Assembly: GCA_951406725.2 (NCBI GenBank)
Contig: OX597830.1
Span: 64,914,001-64,978,000, forward strand
Direction: 5' to 3'
Source of the DNA: Octopus vulgaris
Taxonomy: Eukaryota
DNA length: 64,000 bases
Shown: piece after piece, positions 44,930 through 58,827 of the stretch
Numbering within the stretch: the first letter of the stretch is position 1
How the letters are laid out: each line of letters opens with the position of its first letter
Made by a program: the position numbers and the translations under genes
The notes under the pieces: generated by a model
What the model was told of the DNA's origin: nothing
Database searches by the model: none
What the model saw: only the letters and a program-made list of their open reading frames with translations

Positions 44930-45254
44930 GCGGTAATGGCTTTGCGGTAAGTAGCTTGCTTACCAACCACATGGTTCTGGGTTCTGACTTATGAATGGAT
45001 TTGATAGTCAGAAACTGAAAAGAGGCCAAGCAATGATTTGGCAGAACCGTCAGCGGGGGAAAATGCCTAGCGGTATTTTGTCTGCTGCTGCGTTCTGAGT
45101 TCAAATTCCACCGAGGTTGACTTTGCTTTTGATCCTTTCGGGGTCGATTAATTAAGTACTAATCAAGTACTGGGGTCGATCTAATCGACTATCCCCTGCC
45201 CTCAAATTCTAGTCCTTGTGCCTATAGTAGAAAGGAAGCTGAAAGAAGGCCGAC

Positions 45255-45332
<78 letters not shown>

Positions 45333-45500
45333 CTGTGTGTCTGTGTTTGAATGGTCTGTTTGTGTCCCCATAACTTAGTAGGTCAGCAAAAATGACCGAT
45401 AGAATAAGTACTAGGCTTACAAAGAATAAGTCCTGACTAAAGGCGGTGCTCCGGCATGGCCGGAGTCAAACAACTGAAACAAGTAAAAGAATAAAAGAAT
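44930..45500 (+). mobile_element. SINE family B interrupted by a SINE family A copy (45028-45234)
   Basis: Degenerate TSD gaaactgaaaagaggcc (45011-45027) / gaagctgaaagaaggcc (45235-45251). Confidence 0.8.
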
Positions 45501-45719
45501 AGCAGAATATATGTTCGTGTGTGAGTATATATGTGTGTGTACTTGGTTATGTATGTGTATGGAAATCTATATTTCCATTTTGAAGGAGTTCATGTGAAAG
45601 ATTCCGATAAAATAAGTAAATATATGTACGTTATCCAAATCTTACGTGTTATATTGCTGGAGAATAATAAAAATGAAATATGTTACAATACACCCTCTTT
45701 TAAAACTGTTTATTAAGAC

Positions 45720-46303
45720 TGCTATCCTGACCATTTGCACTAAAATACTTCAAAGTTTGTGTAATGGTCGTCTAAGATTCGGATTACATTACATTTTATG
45801 ACGTACAGCCTTATAGTGAGCATCACTATCAAGGGTCAGTCAAAGAAAGCCACAGATGGAGGATAATCCTGATTATGAAGATTAAGTGCCCTACCTCTAC
45901 CAGGGCGGAATGTTGAGACTAGCTCCATTCAGTCCGTCCCTTCGGGCCTCTGTTAGCTATCTTCCAATATCACAAATCAACAATTACATTAGCAATAATA
46001 ACACTTGTATCTCGATTTTGAGCACATTGTCAGCAATTTCAGAGAGAGGATGTCGATTACCTCAACCCCAGTACTTTTTTGGTCCCTCGGTCTTTCAAAA
46101 TGTGACCTCGTGTGTACCGTTGGCGATTTTTTTCCTCTGTCTTCCCCCTTCTCGGAATCTTTCCTTCTCCTATGCTTCCGACGAAGAGCTCCGCTCGAAA
46201 CGTTAAACCCTCCTTCTTCCCTTCTTTCCTGAGCGTCCAATAATACTATATTTGTTCCACGTCCTCGCGTTGTTGTGTTGTTTTTGTGTTTTCTTGTTTG
46301 GAT

Positions 46304-46308
<5 letters not shown>
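45720..46308 (+). mobile_element. Penelope-like 3' end/pseudo-LTR fragment with hammerhead-like motif
   Basis: Decayed RW(E)DN-LIM-RLSALPLPGRNVE, like a GIY-YIG C-terminus; motif CCGACGA-A-GAGC-TCC-GCTC-GAAA-CG-TT at 46178-46204; ends in (TA)n. Confidence 0.6.
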
Positions 46309-46392
<84 letters not shown>

Positions 46393-47287
46393 AGGGTTCA
46401 GCAAAAAAATTTACTTTACGACACACTGCTTAGTAAAATTATTAATTACTAATTAATTAATTTTACCCTTATTATTATTGACTATATATATATATACCCC
46501 CAAAAGGATGAAAGGCAAAGCAGATATCGTGGGTATTTGAACTCAGAACGAACGTAGAGTTGGAAAAATACTGCAAAGCATTTGGTCCGCGCCCTATCAA
46601 GTCTTCCAACTTGTTAGTAGTAGAAGAGTATCACAGGAATACGATATCGATAACAAACGCCGAAAATTAAAGTTTCATTGTTCTTTTTTCCTCCCTGAAG
46701 CGTTGTTTTTTTAAATTCTCTCATCAATACACGTGTACGTACCAAATGATTAAAAGACAAGGTTTTAGTTTGGCATAATGTAAAGGGAGATAAGCAAGTG
46801 AACGTGTTCTTTGTTTACCACCTCTATTTCAAATACACATTCCTTTCCGTATAACTTTTCTTCGCTCTGTCTTAGCCTCAACCTTTTTTTTAAACCATTT
46901 CTCCTACCCTTTCTTATCCTCTTCGATTGTTTTCATTATAAATAAGTGACAACAATGTTTTTCTTCGGGTTACTTTGAGAATACCTTTGTAGTATATCCG
47001 TTTATGATATCAACATTACATAGAAATGTTGTATTTCAGATATTCGGAGATATACAATATGCGTTATTCGACTTACACTGGAAATATAATTAATAATGGC
47101 TTTAGGCTTTAGCACAAGACCATCATACGGGTTAAGTCTATTACATCAACCCTAGTAGTCAAGCTGTACTTATTTTATCGACCTCCAAGGATAAAAGGTA
47201 AGGTCGGCCTCAGTGAGATTTGAACTGAGTGCCCGGCGTTCCAACAATTCTGCCCGCTCGCTGCCTTGCAGTAGCATAATCAATTAT

Positions 47288-47820
47288 CCTTTTTACTGGA
47301 AGCACAAGGCCCAAAATTTTGGGGGAGGGGGCCAGTCGATTAGATCGACCCCAGTACGCAACTGGTACTTCATTTATCGACCCCGAAAGGTAAAGTAGAC
47401 CTAGGCGGAATTTGACAGACGAAATACCTATTTCTTTATTACCCACAAGGGGCTAAACACAGAGGGGACAAACAAGGACAGACAAACGGAAGGAAGAAAG
47501 GAAGAAAGGCAAAGTCGACCTCGCAGGAATTTGAACTCAGAACGTAAAGACAGACGAAATACCGCTAAGCATTTCGTCCTGTGTGCTAACGTTTCTTATT
47601 TCTTTACTGCCCACAAGGGGTTAAACACAGAGAGGACAAACAAAGACAGACAAACGGAATAAGTCAATTATATCGACCCCAGTGCGTAACTGGTACTTAT
47701 TTAATCGACCCCGGAAGGATGAAAGGCAAAGTGGAGATCGGCGGAATTTGATCTCAGAACGAAGCAGCAGACGAAATACTTCTAAGCGTTTCGCCCGACA
47801 TGCTAACGATTCCGCCAGCT
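47288..47820 (-). mobile_element. SINE family A, composite/tandem copy
   Basis: One head plus repeated body-tail modules. Confidence 0.9.
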
Positions 47821-47957
47821 TCAAATGTCCAAATATTCGATGAATAAACTAAGTTTTTCTTTATGACTCCCATATTGTTTATTGGCAAAAGAGTTTTATA
47901 CTTTTTGTTAAGTAAATATATACCTAGTATTGTTCACCTTGTTATTTCTTATATGTG

Positions 47958-48440
47958 AAGGCGGTGAGCTGGCAGAAACGTTAGCGCGCCGGGCGAAAGG
48001 TTTGTGTTCTCGATGTTTAACCCCTTAAACCGTTTGCCTGTCCTTGTTTGTTCTCTCTGTGTTTAGCCCCTTGTGGGTAATAAGGAAGTTGGTATTTCGT
48101 CTGCCGCTACGTTCTGAGTTCAAATTCTGCCGAGGTCGACTTTGCCTTTCATCCTTTCGGGGTCGATTAAATACGTACCAGTTACGCACTAGGGTCGATA
48201 TAATCGATTTAATCCGTTTGTTTGTTCTAGTTTGTCCCCTCTGTGTTTAGCCCCTTGTGGGTAGTAAAGAAATAGGTATTTCGTCTGTCTTTATGTTCTG
48301 AGTTCAAATTCCGCGGAGGTCGACTTTGCCTTTCATCATTTCGGGTCGATAAATTATATACCAGTTGCGTACTGGTCCGATCTAATCGACTAGATCCTCC
48401 CCAAAATTTCAGGCCTTGTGCCTGGAGTAGAAAAGAATAT
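47958..48440 (+). mobile_element. SINE family A, composite/tandem copy
   Basis: Head, then tail-body-tail-body modules joined at ggtatttcgtctg. Confidence 0.9.
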
Positions 48441-48768
48441 TTTTTACACGTGTTCCGTTTGAAAAATCTAAATAAATGTTTTTGAAATCATTTTGCTATT
48501 ATTCTCTAAAATAGTTATTCTGACGTAATGTAAGGAAAAAAGGTAACTATACTTCGATAACCTCTTTCGTAAAACTTTAAATAAATGTTTCTATGACCGT
48601 TTGTCATCTTATTTTTCAAAATAGTTATCATGATGGAGGATAATATAAAGAGTAAATATTCTATACATTTCGAAAATATTCCCTTTAAAAGTTTTAGGTG
48701 GATGTTTTTAGCATCATATTCTTCTATTCTCTGGAAATCTTTCAGTCGTAGTATAATACAAAGAATTA

Positions 48769-49154
48769 GTGGAGGCGCAATGGCCCAGTGGTTAGGGCAG
48801 CGGACCCGCGGTCGTAGGATCGTGGTTTCGATTCCCAGACCGGGCGTTGTGAGTGTTTATTGAGCGAAAACACCTAAAGTTCCACGAGGCTCCGGCAGGG
48901 ATGGTGGTGATCCCTGCTGTACTCTTTAACCACAACTTTCTCTCACTCTTAATTCCTGTTTCTGTTGTAACTGTATTTCAAGGGGCCGGCCTTGTCACTC
49001 TCTGTGTCACGCTGAATATCCCCGAGAACTACGTTAAAGGTACACGTGTCTGTGGAGTGCTCAGCCACTTACACGTTAATTTCACGAGCAAGCTGTTCCG
49101 TTGATCGGATCAACCGGAACCCTCGTCGTCGTAACCGACGGAGTGCTTCCATCC
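48769..49154 (+). mobile_element. SINE family C variant with alternative 3' tail and 14-bp TSD
   Basis: TSD aatacaaagaatta at 48755-48768 and 49155-49168; the first ~180 bp match 15068 onward. Confidence 0.93.
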
Positions 49155-50668
49155 AATACAAAGAATTAAAATATTACATTTCTCAAATATCATTCATTTT
49201 AAACATGTAAACAAATGTTTTAAAGACTTCTAAAATAGTTCCTGAGACGCAGTGCAATGATAAAATACAAAAAACGGTTAATATCTTTATCTAGTAAGCT
49301 CTCTTGTAAAACTGTAACTAAATATTTCTAAGAAAGATTTTTTAAATTATTTTCTGAAATATCTCATCTAACGGGGCGTGATGCATAGAATAACTATATT
49401 ATATCTCGAATAAACATTGTTTAAATAAAATTTTTTTAACCATTTGCTTGTCCGAAGCATTTTCTGAAGTTTGTTTTAAACATCCACGCTTGTGTTCAGG
49501 TATATAGCCAGCCCCTGTTTTATATTTTCTGGATAATATAACTCTTTCTTTTCATAAGTCTCGATTTACTGTGGTAGCTGAAAAAAAAATAAGGACTGTG
49601 TATCATATATGATGGATGGACACCAGGGAAATATGTTCTGCGTATCACATGCAGGCTTTTGCGTATCATTTACAGGCTTTATTTCCCTTTCATAGGTGTT
49701 CTTCTTTTTCTGTTGTTGTTTAAAGATATATTCTGCATAAATCCTCACCGTTTCGGTGAATTATCATTGTAATATCTCCTCATTTATTGCCCTTGTGGCG
49801 GATATGAGATGCCATTGTCATTATTGTTATTATTGATAAATAAGAAAACAAAAGACAAGAAAGATAAAGAAACGCTAATGGAGATTTACTGGAGCTATTC
49901 ACGGAAAACCAATATGGCCGAAAACGCCATTGTGATTGATTGTGTACGTATATGTATATATATATATATCTGTTAATGCATGTGCGATATATGTGTAAAT
50001 CATTGCGTGTGTATGAGTGAGTGTTTATCTGTGTGTGCGTGTGTGTGTGTGTGTGCGTGTGTAGAAAAAAGAGAAATAGTTATAATATACGTGTGTATAT
50101 GCGTTTGTGTATTGGAAAGTGTGTGCAAATGTTTGCACATGCGCATAAGTGTATGTGGAAAAGTAAGTGCATTTCGCTGATCCCGTTAATATTTTATATG
50201 TGTGTGTGTGTGTGTGTGTATGTATATTTATAAATACTGTGCATTTATGTATCGCTAAGTGTGCGTGCGTGTGTGTATGTGTGCGTGTGTGTGTGTTTTT
50301 TTTTCTTCGATGTATTTGTGTTTGTGCATGTGTATCTATCTGAGAGCGTTGTATGTGTATGTGTATATGTGTAACTGTGTACGTATCTACATCCCACTGT
50401 GTGTGTACATGTATGTATGTATGTATGTATGTATGTATGTATGTATGTATGTATGTATGTATATATACATATATCTTTGTGCAATTGTCTATGTATGTCT
50501 GTGTACATGTGTCCTTGGCGGGTTGTGTGTATGTGTGACAGACGCTGTGTGTGTTTGCCTGTAACACTTGCAACAGATAATGTATATGGCAGAGCGTGTT
50601 TCGATCAATATGTCAAATCTTTTTGTGTGTGTCAATACCTGTATGTCTTCATACCTGTGTATGCGTAT

Positions 50669-50764
50669 GCGTGTGTAAGCATATGTGTACGTACGTGTGT
50701 GCGTGTGTAAGCATATGTGTACGTACGTGTGTGCGTGTGTAAGCATATGTGTACGTACGTGTGT
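50669..50764 (+). repeat. 32-bp minisatellite x3
   Basis: gcgtgtgtaagcatatgtgtacgtacgtgtgt, three perfect copies. Confidence 0.95.
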
Positions 50765-51403
50765 GCGTGTGTGTTTGTGCGTTTGTGTGTGAGAGAGTCG
50801 GTATACGTGCTGTATCTATTTGTGCGTGAGAGAAACACCATCAGAAAGAGATTGTAAATTGCCCTGCGTGTATTTGTGTCTAACAGACTGATCACGTAAA
50901 TGCACAAACCAGCCAGAGTATATCTATCCTTCTTCATACGAACTTTACACTTCTAATTCTATGTGTATTTGCCTGTAAAAATATATAAGCATATCTACTT
51001 TATTTTATACAGTTTGTGCGCATGTGTGTGTACGTGTGTATGCATATATATTTGTTTTTTTTTGTTGTTTATTTTTTTCTGTGTGTGTATATAGGTGTTT
51101 GTCTATGGTCAAGGGTTAGCGTTCAGTTTCCAAGCGTTCAGTTTCCAACTACTAGTAAAAGAACTCAGTGGAAGGAGAGAATGAGATATATAAAGACAGA
51201 GAGGAGAATGATAAACTCTGGTAAAGATTCACAAGACAGAGAGAGTAAATTAAAGTCGTCAGTTACAGACCCGCTGGGAATATTGAACATGTCTTATTTT
51301 GTACGTGTCGCCTTGCTTAAACTTTTGACTCTTTCTTAATGTTTTCAAAATTGAATCTATGTATGTGTAATATTTATTCACCTATATACCGATGCATATA
51401 CCA

Positions 51404-51470
<67 letters not shown>

Positions 51471-51524
51471 CACCCATCTATATTTTTCTCTCTATCTCTC
51501 TCTGTCTTTCTCTGTGTGTGTTTG

Positions 51525-51583
<59 letters not shown>

Positions 51584-51802
51584 ATTGCAGACGATGCCTT
51601 ACACTATAATTTAATAAATTATGCAAAACTACAACACCGTTAGTATGCATAAATTTGCAAAATATATTTGCATAAATACTTCCATAGATATATAGACATA
51701 CAAACCTCAGCATTTGTGATTGCACAGCCATGTTTATGGCTGCATACATAGTCATAAGCCTCTGTACATGTATGTATGTATGTATGTATGTATGTATGTA
51801 TG

Positions 51803-51872
<70 letters not shown>

Positions 51873-51886
51873 CATACATACATACA

Positions 51887-51955
<69 letters not shown>

Positions 51956-52195
51956 TACGTATGATATATCCAAATACACTGACGAACAAAGCACATGGTT
52001 GATAAGATTATCGGATTTAAGACAACAAAGCCTCGCCACTAAAATGAGTTGTTATTGGTTATCGACAAGAACACAAGAATCTATGAAAGATCCAATTGAT
52101 TGGACAACGAATAAAAACACATCTTGCCATATTGAATACATGGAAATCGTTATTTATCGCATTAAAACCGTTATGTCCGTTGAGAATTCCCCATA

Positions 52196-52226
<31 letters not shown>

Positions 52227-52441
52227 ATTTATGTATGTATGTATATATATATACATATGCATTTAATTAAAAGAAATTTAACTTTCTAACTTAATGCGTG
52301 TGTTGTCTTGTGTGTGTTTACATACACACACTCACATATAAATATAAACACATACATTTATATACATGCACATATAAATGTATTTGTACTCGTATATATA
52401 TATACATATTTATATATATATGTGTATATATATATATACAT

Positions 52442-52505
<64 letters not shown>

Positions 52506-52550
52506 ATATATATATATATATGTATGTGTGTATATATATATATATATGTA

Positions 52551-52596
<46 letters not shown>

Positions 52597-53699
52597 TGTG
52601 TGTATGTATGTATGTATGTATGTATGTATATCTATACATATGTATATGTTATGTGCTTGGATGTGTGTGTGTATGTTTGTACGTGGAGAGAAAGAGAGAA
52701 AAAGACAGAGAATAATGAGTAAATTGTACTTAGTATCACTTCCATTAAAAACAGTGTACTCAATGCAGGTGATTCATGGACTAAACTGGAGATTTCGATG
52801 CATCATAATGACGTGCGGTAGTTTTCAGTTCAAGGATTTATTGTATTTCTGATATTGTTGAGAACATAGTGTCTAACAGCGCTTTTTTTGTATTGTCTCC
52901 AAAGCTCCTACGACCATAGATAGGGTTTCTTCTCAGGTGCCACACATTTTGCGACCTCTATATATGTAGAGTGGAGGCGTGTGGCTTATTGTTTATGGTG
53001 CTAGACTCATGATCGTAAGTTTGTGCTTTCGATTCCTGTACCGGGAGACGCGTTGTGTTATTGAGCAAGACACTTCATTTCACGTTGCTCCAGTCCACTC
53101 AGCTGGCAAAAATGAGTAACGCTGCGATGGACTGGCGTCCCGTCCGGATGGGCGGAATATATACACCATTGGAGCCTGGAAACCGGCCCTCCTGAGTTTA
53201 TATGATTCGAGATAGACCTCTACTTACTTTCTCTATAAATACAGATTCTTGCATTTACTTCATTTTTCACATTTTTTGCAGTAGTGTTGTAGTCTGCTGG
53301 GATTGACATATCTATGAGCCGACATGTTTTGTCTGCCTGGTTCTCTAACACAATATCTTCTCTATTTGCCTAAATACTTCGATCAGTTTGAATACTAACA
53401 CCCCAAAGAACAGTGGTCTCTTTGCTTTGTACTTCTACGGCAGGCTTATATTCCAGCATTTCTTCTCGTATGAGAGTCCAGACTTAAGTATATACTCCAG
53501 TGCAAAAACTGACCAAGTCTATTATGTTGATTTAATATATTCATTTGAGGCTAATGTAGATCATCTGGAGAGGAGGTGGTCATTTGTTTCTCTGGTTGAA
53601 CTACAAAAATGGAAGATAGGTTCAGCAACAATTTTAAGGCTGTTTTCTTGGTAGTTTCTGGGTCATGTAGCAGACATTGGTCGTGAACAGCTGCATTGA

Positions 53700-54068
53700 C
53701 GCCCTCTGTCTCTGATTTACATCCGGATGCAGTAGACAACTGATAGGTCATATTTGTATTCCCATCAGGAGAACGTTGTGCATTGTAGCCATCCGAATTC
53801 TGAAGACGGGCCCCAAACTAGCCGCCAAGTATTGATGCTTGACCCTATCGAAAGATTTCGATTTATGTAAAGGGATCAAGGTCCCACCCATGCCAAGTTC
53901 TTTATCCACTCGCTCTATGGGATATAGCATGAGATGGAGGTTTTGATGGATAGATCTCTTTGGTAGGACATATGCTTGCGCGTCACCCGCAAGACCCTCG
54001 ATAACAAGCGAATACCGCCTGGTTAGCACCTAGGCCAAAATCATGACCTCCGTATTTAGCAGATTTAC
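53700..54068 (-). pseudogene. L1/Tx1-type RT fragment
   Basis: ILA*VLTRR...AQAYVLPKRSIHQNLHLM...LHKSKSFDRVKHQYL, corresponding to the D-x-x-KAFDRV RT motif; related to 10690-10930. Confidence 0.75.
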
Positions 54069-54229
54069 CGAGGGCAGAGTACATTAGGGATTAAGGTGTT
54101 ATACTGATGTTCATCATATCGTGATTTCAGTTCCTGGAACGGTCGGTACGATGTGTTCTTGCGCATAACACTTCATTTTCCATTGCTCCGCTTCTCTCAG
54201 CTGTAACTGAATAATTTGCGAATGCTGTG

Positions 54230-54485
54230 AGCACGAAAACTTACAGAAGAAAACCGAGTAGCGGCCCTAGTGAAACTTGAAATTCAAGAGAGAATTGTAC
54301 AACACCTCCTGTTCCACCATCAACTATTTATCAACTGAAACTTGAAAATTTTGAAGAGGTCTTTGCTGAAGAGGAAGGCGTCTGTTTTCAGTCTTCCATT
54401 CTCGTCCATCCCAAAATGCTTTTCGCAAGATCAGGAGATGGGTAAAAACTGTTAAGGGAAGAATGAGGGACATACTTTACTATAA
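54230..54485 (+). mobile_element. Possible very decayed mariner transposase C-terminal fragment
   Basis: Remnants HLLF...NFEEV...IRRW...GHTL in expected order; weak. Confidence 0.25.
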
Positions 54486-54551
54486 ACACAGATGAATGCT
54501 GGTTTCACTTTCAAAATAAGACATTTTATTATATATATATATGTATGTATA

Positions 54552-54637
<86 letters not shown>

Positions 54638-54674
54638 TATATATACGTACATATATATGTATAAATATATACAT

Positions 54675-54865
54675 AGGCGTAGGAGTGGCTGTGGAAAGTA
54701 GCTTACAAACCACATGGTTCCGGGTTCTGTCCCACTGCGTGGCACCTTGGACAAGTCTCTTCTACTCTAGCCTCGGGCCGACCAAATCTTTGTCAGTGGA
54801 TTTGGTATATGGAAATTGAAAGAAGCCCGTCGCATATATGTATATATATATATATATATGTGCGC

Positions 54866-54900
<35 letters not shown>

Positions 54901-55115
54901 TGTGTCTGTGTTTGCCCCACCAACATCACTTGACAACCGATGCCGGTGGTGCTTACATTGCCGTAAGTTGGCGGTTCGACAAATGAGAGCGACAGAATAA
55001 GTACTAGGCTTACAAATAATAAGTCATGGGGTCGATTTGCTCGACTAAAGGCTGTTCTCCACTATGGGCACAGTCCAATGACTAAAACAAGTAAAAGAAT
55101 TACAGAATAAAAGAA
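54675..55115 (+). mobile_element. SINE family B, full length
   Basis: Head, CORE-like ggcaccttggacaagtctcttctac, internal microsatellite, tail. Confidence 0.9.
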
Positions 55116-55453
55116 TATATATATATATATATATAGATATTAGCCTATTTCTATCTGCACTCATCAATTACTTCTTGGTCTTTTTACCGTTTATTGATTC
55201 ATATTTGGTATTTTGTCTGCCGATTTCTGTGTCTGTCTGTGTGTCTGACAGTTTGTCTGTCTGTTTCTCTCCTTCTTTCCTTCTTTCTTTCTCTCTCTCT
55301 CCCTCTCTCTAATTTGCCACAATTATTCCATTTTCTTTCCGTTACCATCCTTCTCCACTCCCTCCATTGTCTCTCTTGTATTCCATTTTTGAAGTACTTG
55401 ATTTGCTCCTTTTTGGTTACTATTTATATATAACGTTCTTCTCTCTTCTTCTT

Positions 55454-55555
<102 letters not shown>

Positions 55556-55589
55556 ATTATTATTATTATTATTATTATTGTTATTATTA

Positions 55590-55630
<41 letters not shown>

Positions 55631-55657
55631 GTTATTATTGTTATTATCATTATTATA

Positions 55658-55738
<81 letters not shown>

Positions 55739-55757
55739 GTTATTATTATTATTATTG

Positions 55758-55832
<75 letters not shown>

Positions 55833-55922
55833 GCTCAAACTCTCCCCTACTTTCCGCACACACATATTAATATACGAAGAAATACTATAGCTATATATAT
55901 GTGTGTGTGTGGAGGCGGGTGT

Positions 55923-55968
<46 letters not shown>

Positions 55969-55969
55969 C

Positions 55970-56180
55970 TTTACTTACTTGTTTCAGTCATTTGACTGCG
56001 GCCATGCTGGAGAACCGCCTTTAATCGAGCAACTCGACCCCGGGACTTATTCTTTTGAAAGCCCAGTACTTATTCTATCGGTCTCTTTTGCCGAACCGCT
56101 AGTTAACGGGGACATAAACACACCAGCATCGGTTGTCAAGCAATGCTAGGGGGACAAACACAGACACACAAACACACACA

Positions 56181-56234
<54 letters not shown>

Positions 56235-56432
56235 CATATATATATATATATATATACATACATATATACGACGGGCTTCTTTTCAGTTTCCGTCTACCAA
56301 ATTCACTCACAAGGTTTTGGTCGACCCGAGGCTATAGTAGAAGACACTTGCCCAAGGTGCCACGCAGTGGCACTGAACCCTGAACCATGTGGCTTGTAAA
56401 CAAGCTACTTACCACACATCCACTCCTGCGCC
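55970..56432 (-). mobile_element. SINE family B, full length
   Basis: Reverse complement of the consensus; a further diverged copy lies at ~56750-57135(-). Confidence 0.92.
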
Positions 56433-56441
56433 ATATATATA

Positions 56442-56486
<45 letters not shown>

Positions 56487-56488
<2 letters not shown>

Positions 56489-56674
56489 GGAGTAAACACA
56501 TAAATGTGAAACAAGGTGGAAAAAAGAGTACTCAAATACCAGTGGTAGAGTAATATGCTTTATTTTAAGCAGCAGAAAATTCAACAAAATCTGTTACTCT
56601 GAGTTTCTCGTTGCCGGCAACGAGAAACTCAGAAATAACAGATTTTGTTGAATTTTCTGCCGCTTAAAATAAAG
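56487..56674 (-). mobile_element. Loop-less fold-back element (58-bp arms) plus unique tail in (TA)n
   Basis: 56558-56674 hairpin centred on GTTGCC|GGCAAC; minus strand reads ...cgaGAAACTCag...AATAAA...tail. Confidence 0.8.
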
Positions 56675-56953
56675 TATATATATATATATATATATATATA
56701 AATATATATGTATTTCTATTATGTATATATATATATATATCATATATTCTTTTGCCTCAGTCATGCTGAAGCACCACCTTTAGTCGGAGAAATTGACCTC
56801 GGTATATATTCTTTGTAAGTCTAGTACATATTCTGTCGGTGACTTTTGCCGAACCGCTATGTTACGGGGATGTAAACACACCAACATCGGTTGTCAAGCG
56901 ACGGTAGGGGCGCAAACACAGACACACAGACACATACATACATAGATACTTAC

Positions 56954-56985
<32 letters not shown>

Positions 56986-57152
56986 ACGGTGGGCTTCTTT
57001 TAGTTTCCATCTCACAAGGCTTTGTTCTGGTCGAGGCTGTAGTAGAACACACTTGCACAGGGTGCCACACAGTGGGACTGAAACCGGAACCAGATGGTTG
57101 GGAAGCAAGCTTCCGACCACACAACTACGCAAGCGTCTATATATTACTATTA

Positions 57153-57208
<56 letters not shown>

Positions 57209-57847
57209 TTTTATTTTTTTATTTTTTTATAATTATTATTATCATTTTCTCCTCTATAAAATAATATTTTAGAAAAAATATTTTTTACATCATTTAAATA
57301 AAAAATCTTAGCTAATTATTCTACCTCTCTTTTTTCATTTACATGATTTTTTTTCTTGTTAAAATTTCGTTGCTTTCATTCCAATATTTCTTACCATTTT
57401 TCATGTTCCATCCTTTTCTTCATTCCTTCATTGCATTCTCTTCCATTTTTTCTTTCATTCCTTCCTTCCTTCGTTCGTTTCCTTCCATACCTTTCTCTTG
57501 CATCCTTTCAACGTTCATTATCAACTTGCAATGAAAGCAAATTTCAAGTAGAATTCCGTAGCTCAATTTCTAGGCTTGTAATTCTTCATCTTTTCATTCT
57601 ACCCCCACTCCAATCCCCACAGCCCCTTCCTCTTCATTATCTTGCAATTTAACTTCCTCTTCATTATTCTCATCCATCCCAAGATAATCTAAAATAATTA
57701 CCAATTCCATTCAAAGCTTACTTTCAACATAAACCGCCATTTTCTCACATCTTGCTGATAATTTTATGCAATTTACCTCCGAGTAGGTTCTCGTTCGTTT
57801 ATTCAGATCGAAATATATAAATGAATGAATAAAACTCAACAATGACG

Positions 57848-57898
<51 letters not shown>

Positions 57899-57943
57899 GC
57901 AACAACAACAACAACAACAGCAACAACAACAATAATGATATTG

Positions 57944-58053
<110 letters not shown>

Positions 58054-58145
58054 TTCTTTATTTTCTATAAGTTCCTATTCCCATGATACAAAACTTTATA
58101 CAGAATGATTGAAAAGCATGTGCGTGGTTGTTTGTTATTTATCTA

Positions 58146-58236
<91 letters not shown>

Positions 58237-58253
58237 ATATATCTATCTATCTA

Positions 58254-58297
<44 letters not shown>

Positions 58298-58827
58298 TAT
58301 ATTTGTGTATAAAATATTATTGATTCACCAAGAGGCGATATTTTACAGAAGTCAACATGTGAAGGGAGATTATTCTTTAAGGAATTTTGAACTGAGTGCC
58401 ATGCAAATATAAGTACTCCAAGTTTCGCCTCACCATTCTTTCGGCGGATAATCTGAGCCTCTCACTTCTAAAATTACGCCCTTTGCCCAACGGCTAACCT
58501 ATCTCCAATTTTATATAATACACATATACTTCCATATGACCTGCGTTTGTCCAGGTAGAGCACATCCAGCTAGAACTGGGACAGAACTTCTTTAACTCTT
58601 TACTTATTCAAGGGCCTATGGAAACACTCTTCATTTTTCGTTAAATCATTAGATTACTGGGTAAATGTAAAATTATTTTATAGAATGATGTGATCTGTTC
58701 TAAATGTTGATTACGCTCTACTGATATGCACCTCTTTTGGTGCATATTAAGTATTTCTGAAATGTGTAGAACGCCACACATGTTAGGGGCCCGTTACAGT
58801 TGCTTAAACCGGATTCTTGTTGACAGT

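Noticed and set aside
50669-50764. CRISPR-like 32-bp repeats
   Set aside because: Contiguous tandem copies with no spacers, eukaryotic context, no cas genes.
56610-56621. GTTGCCGGCAAC as an RFX X-box
   Set aside because: It is the symmetry centre of a fold-back element, so the palindrome is explained structurally.
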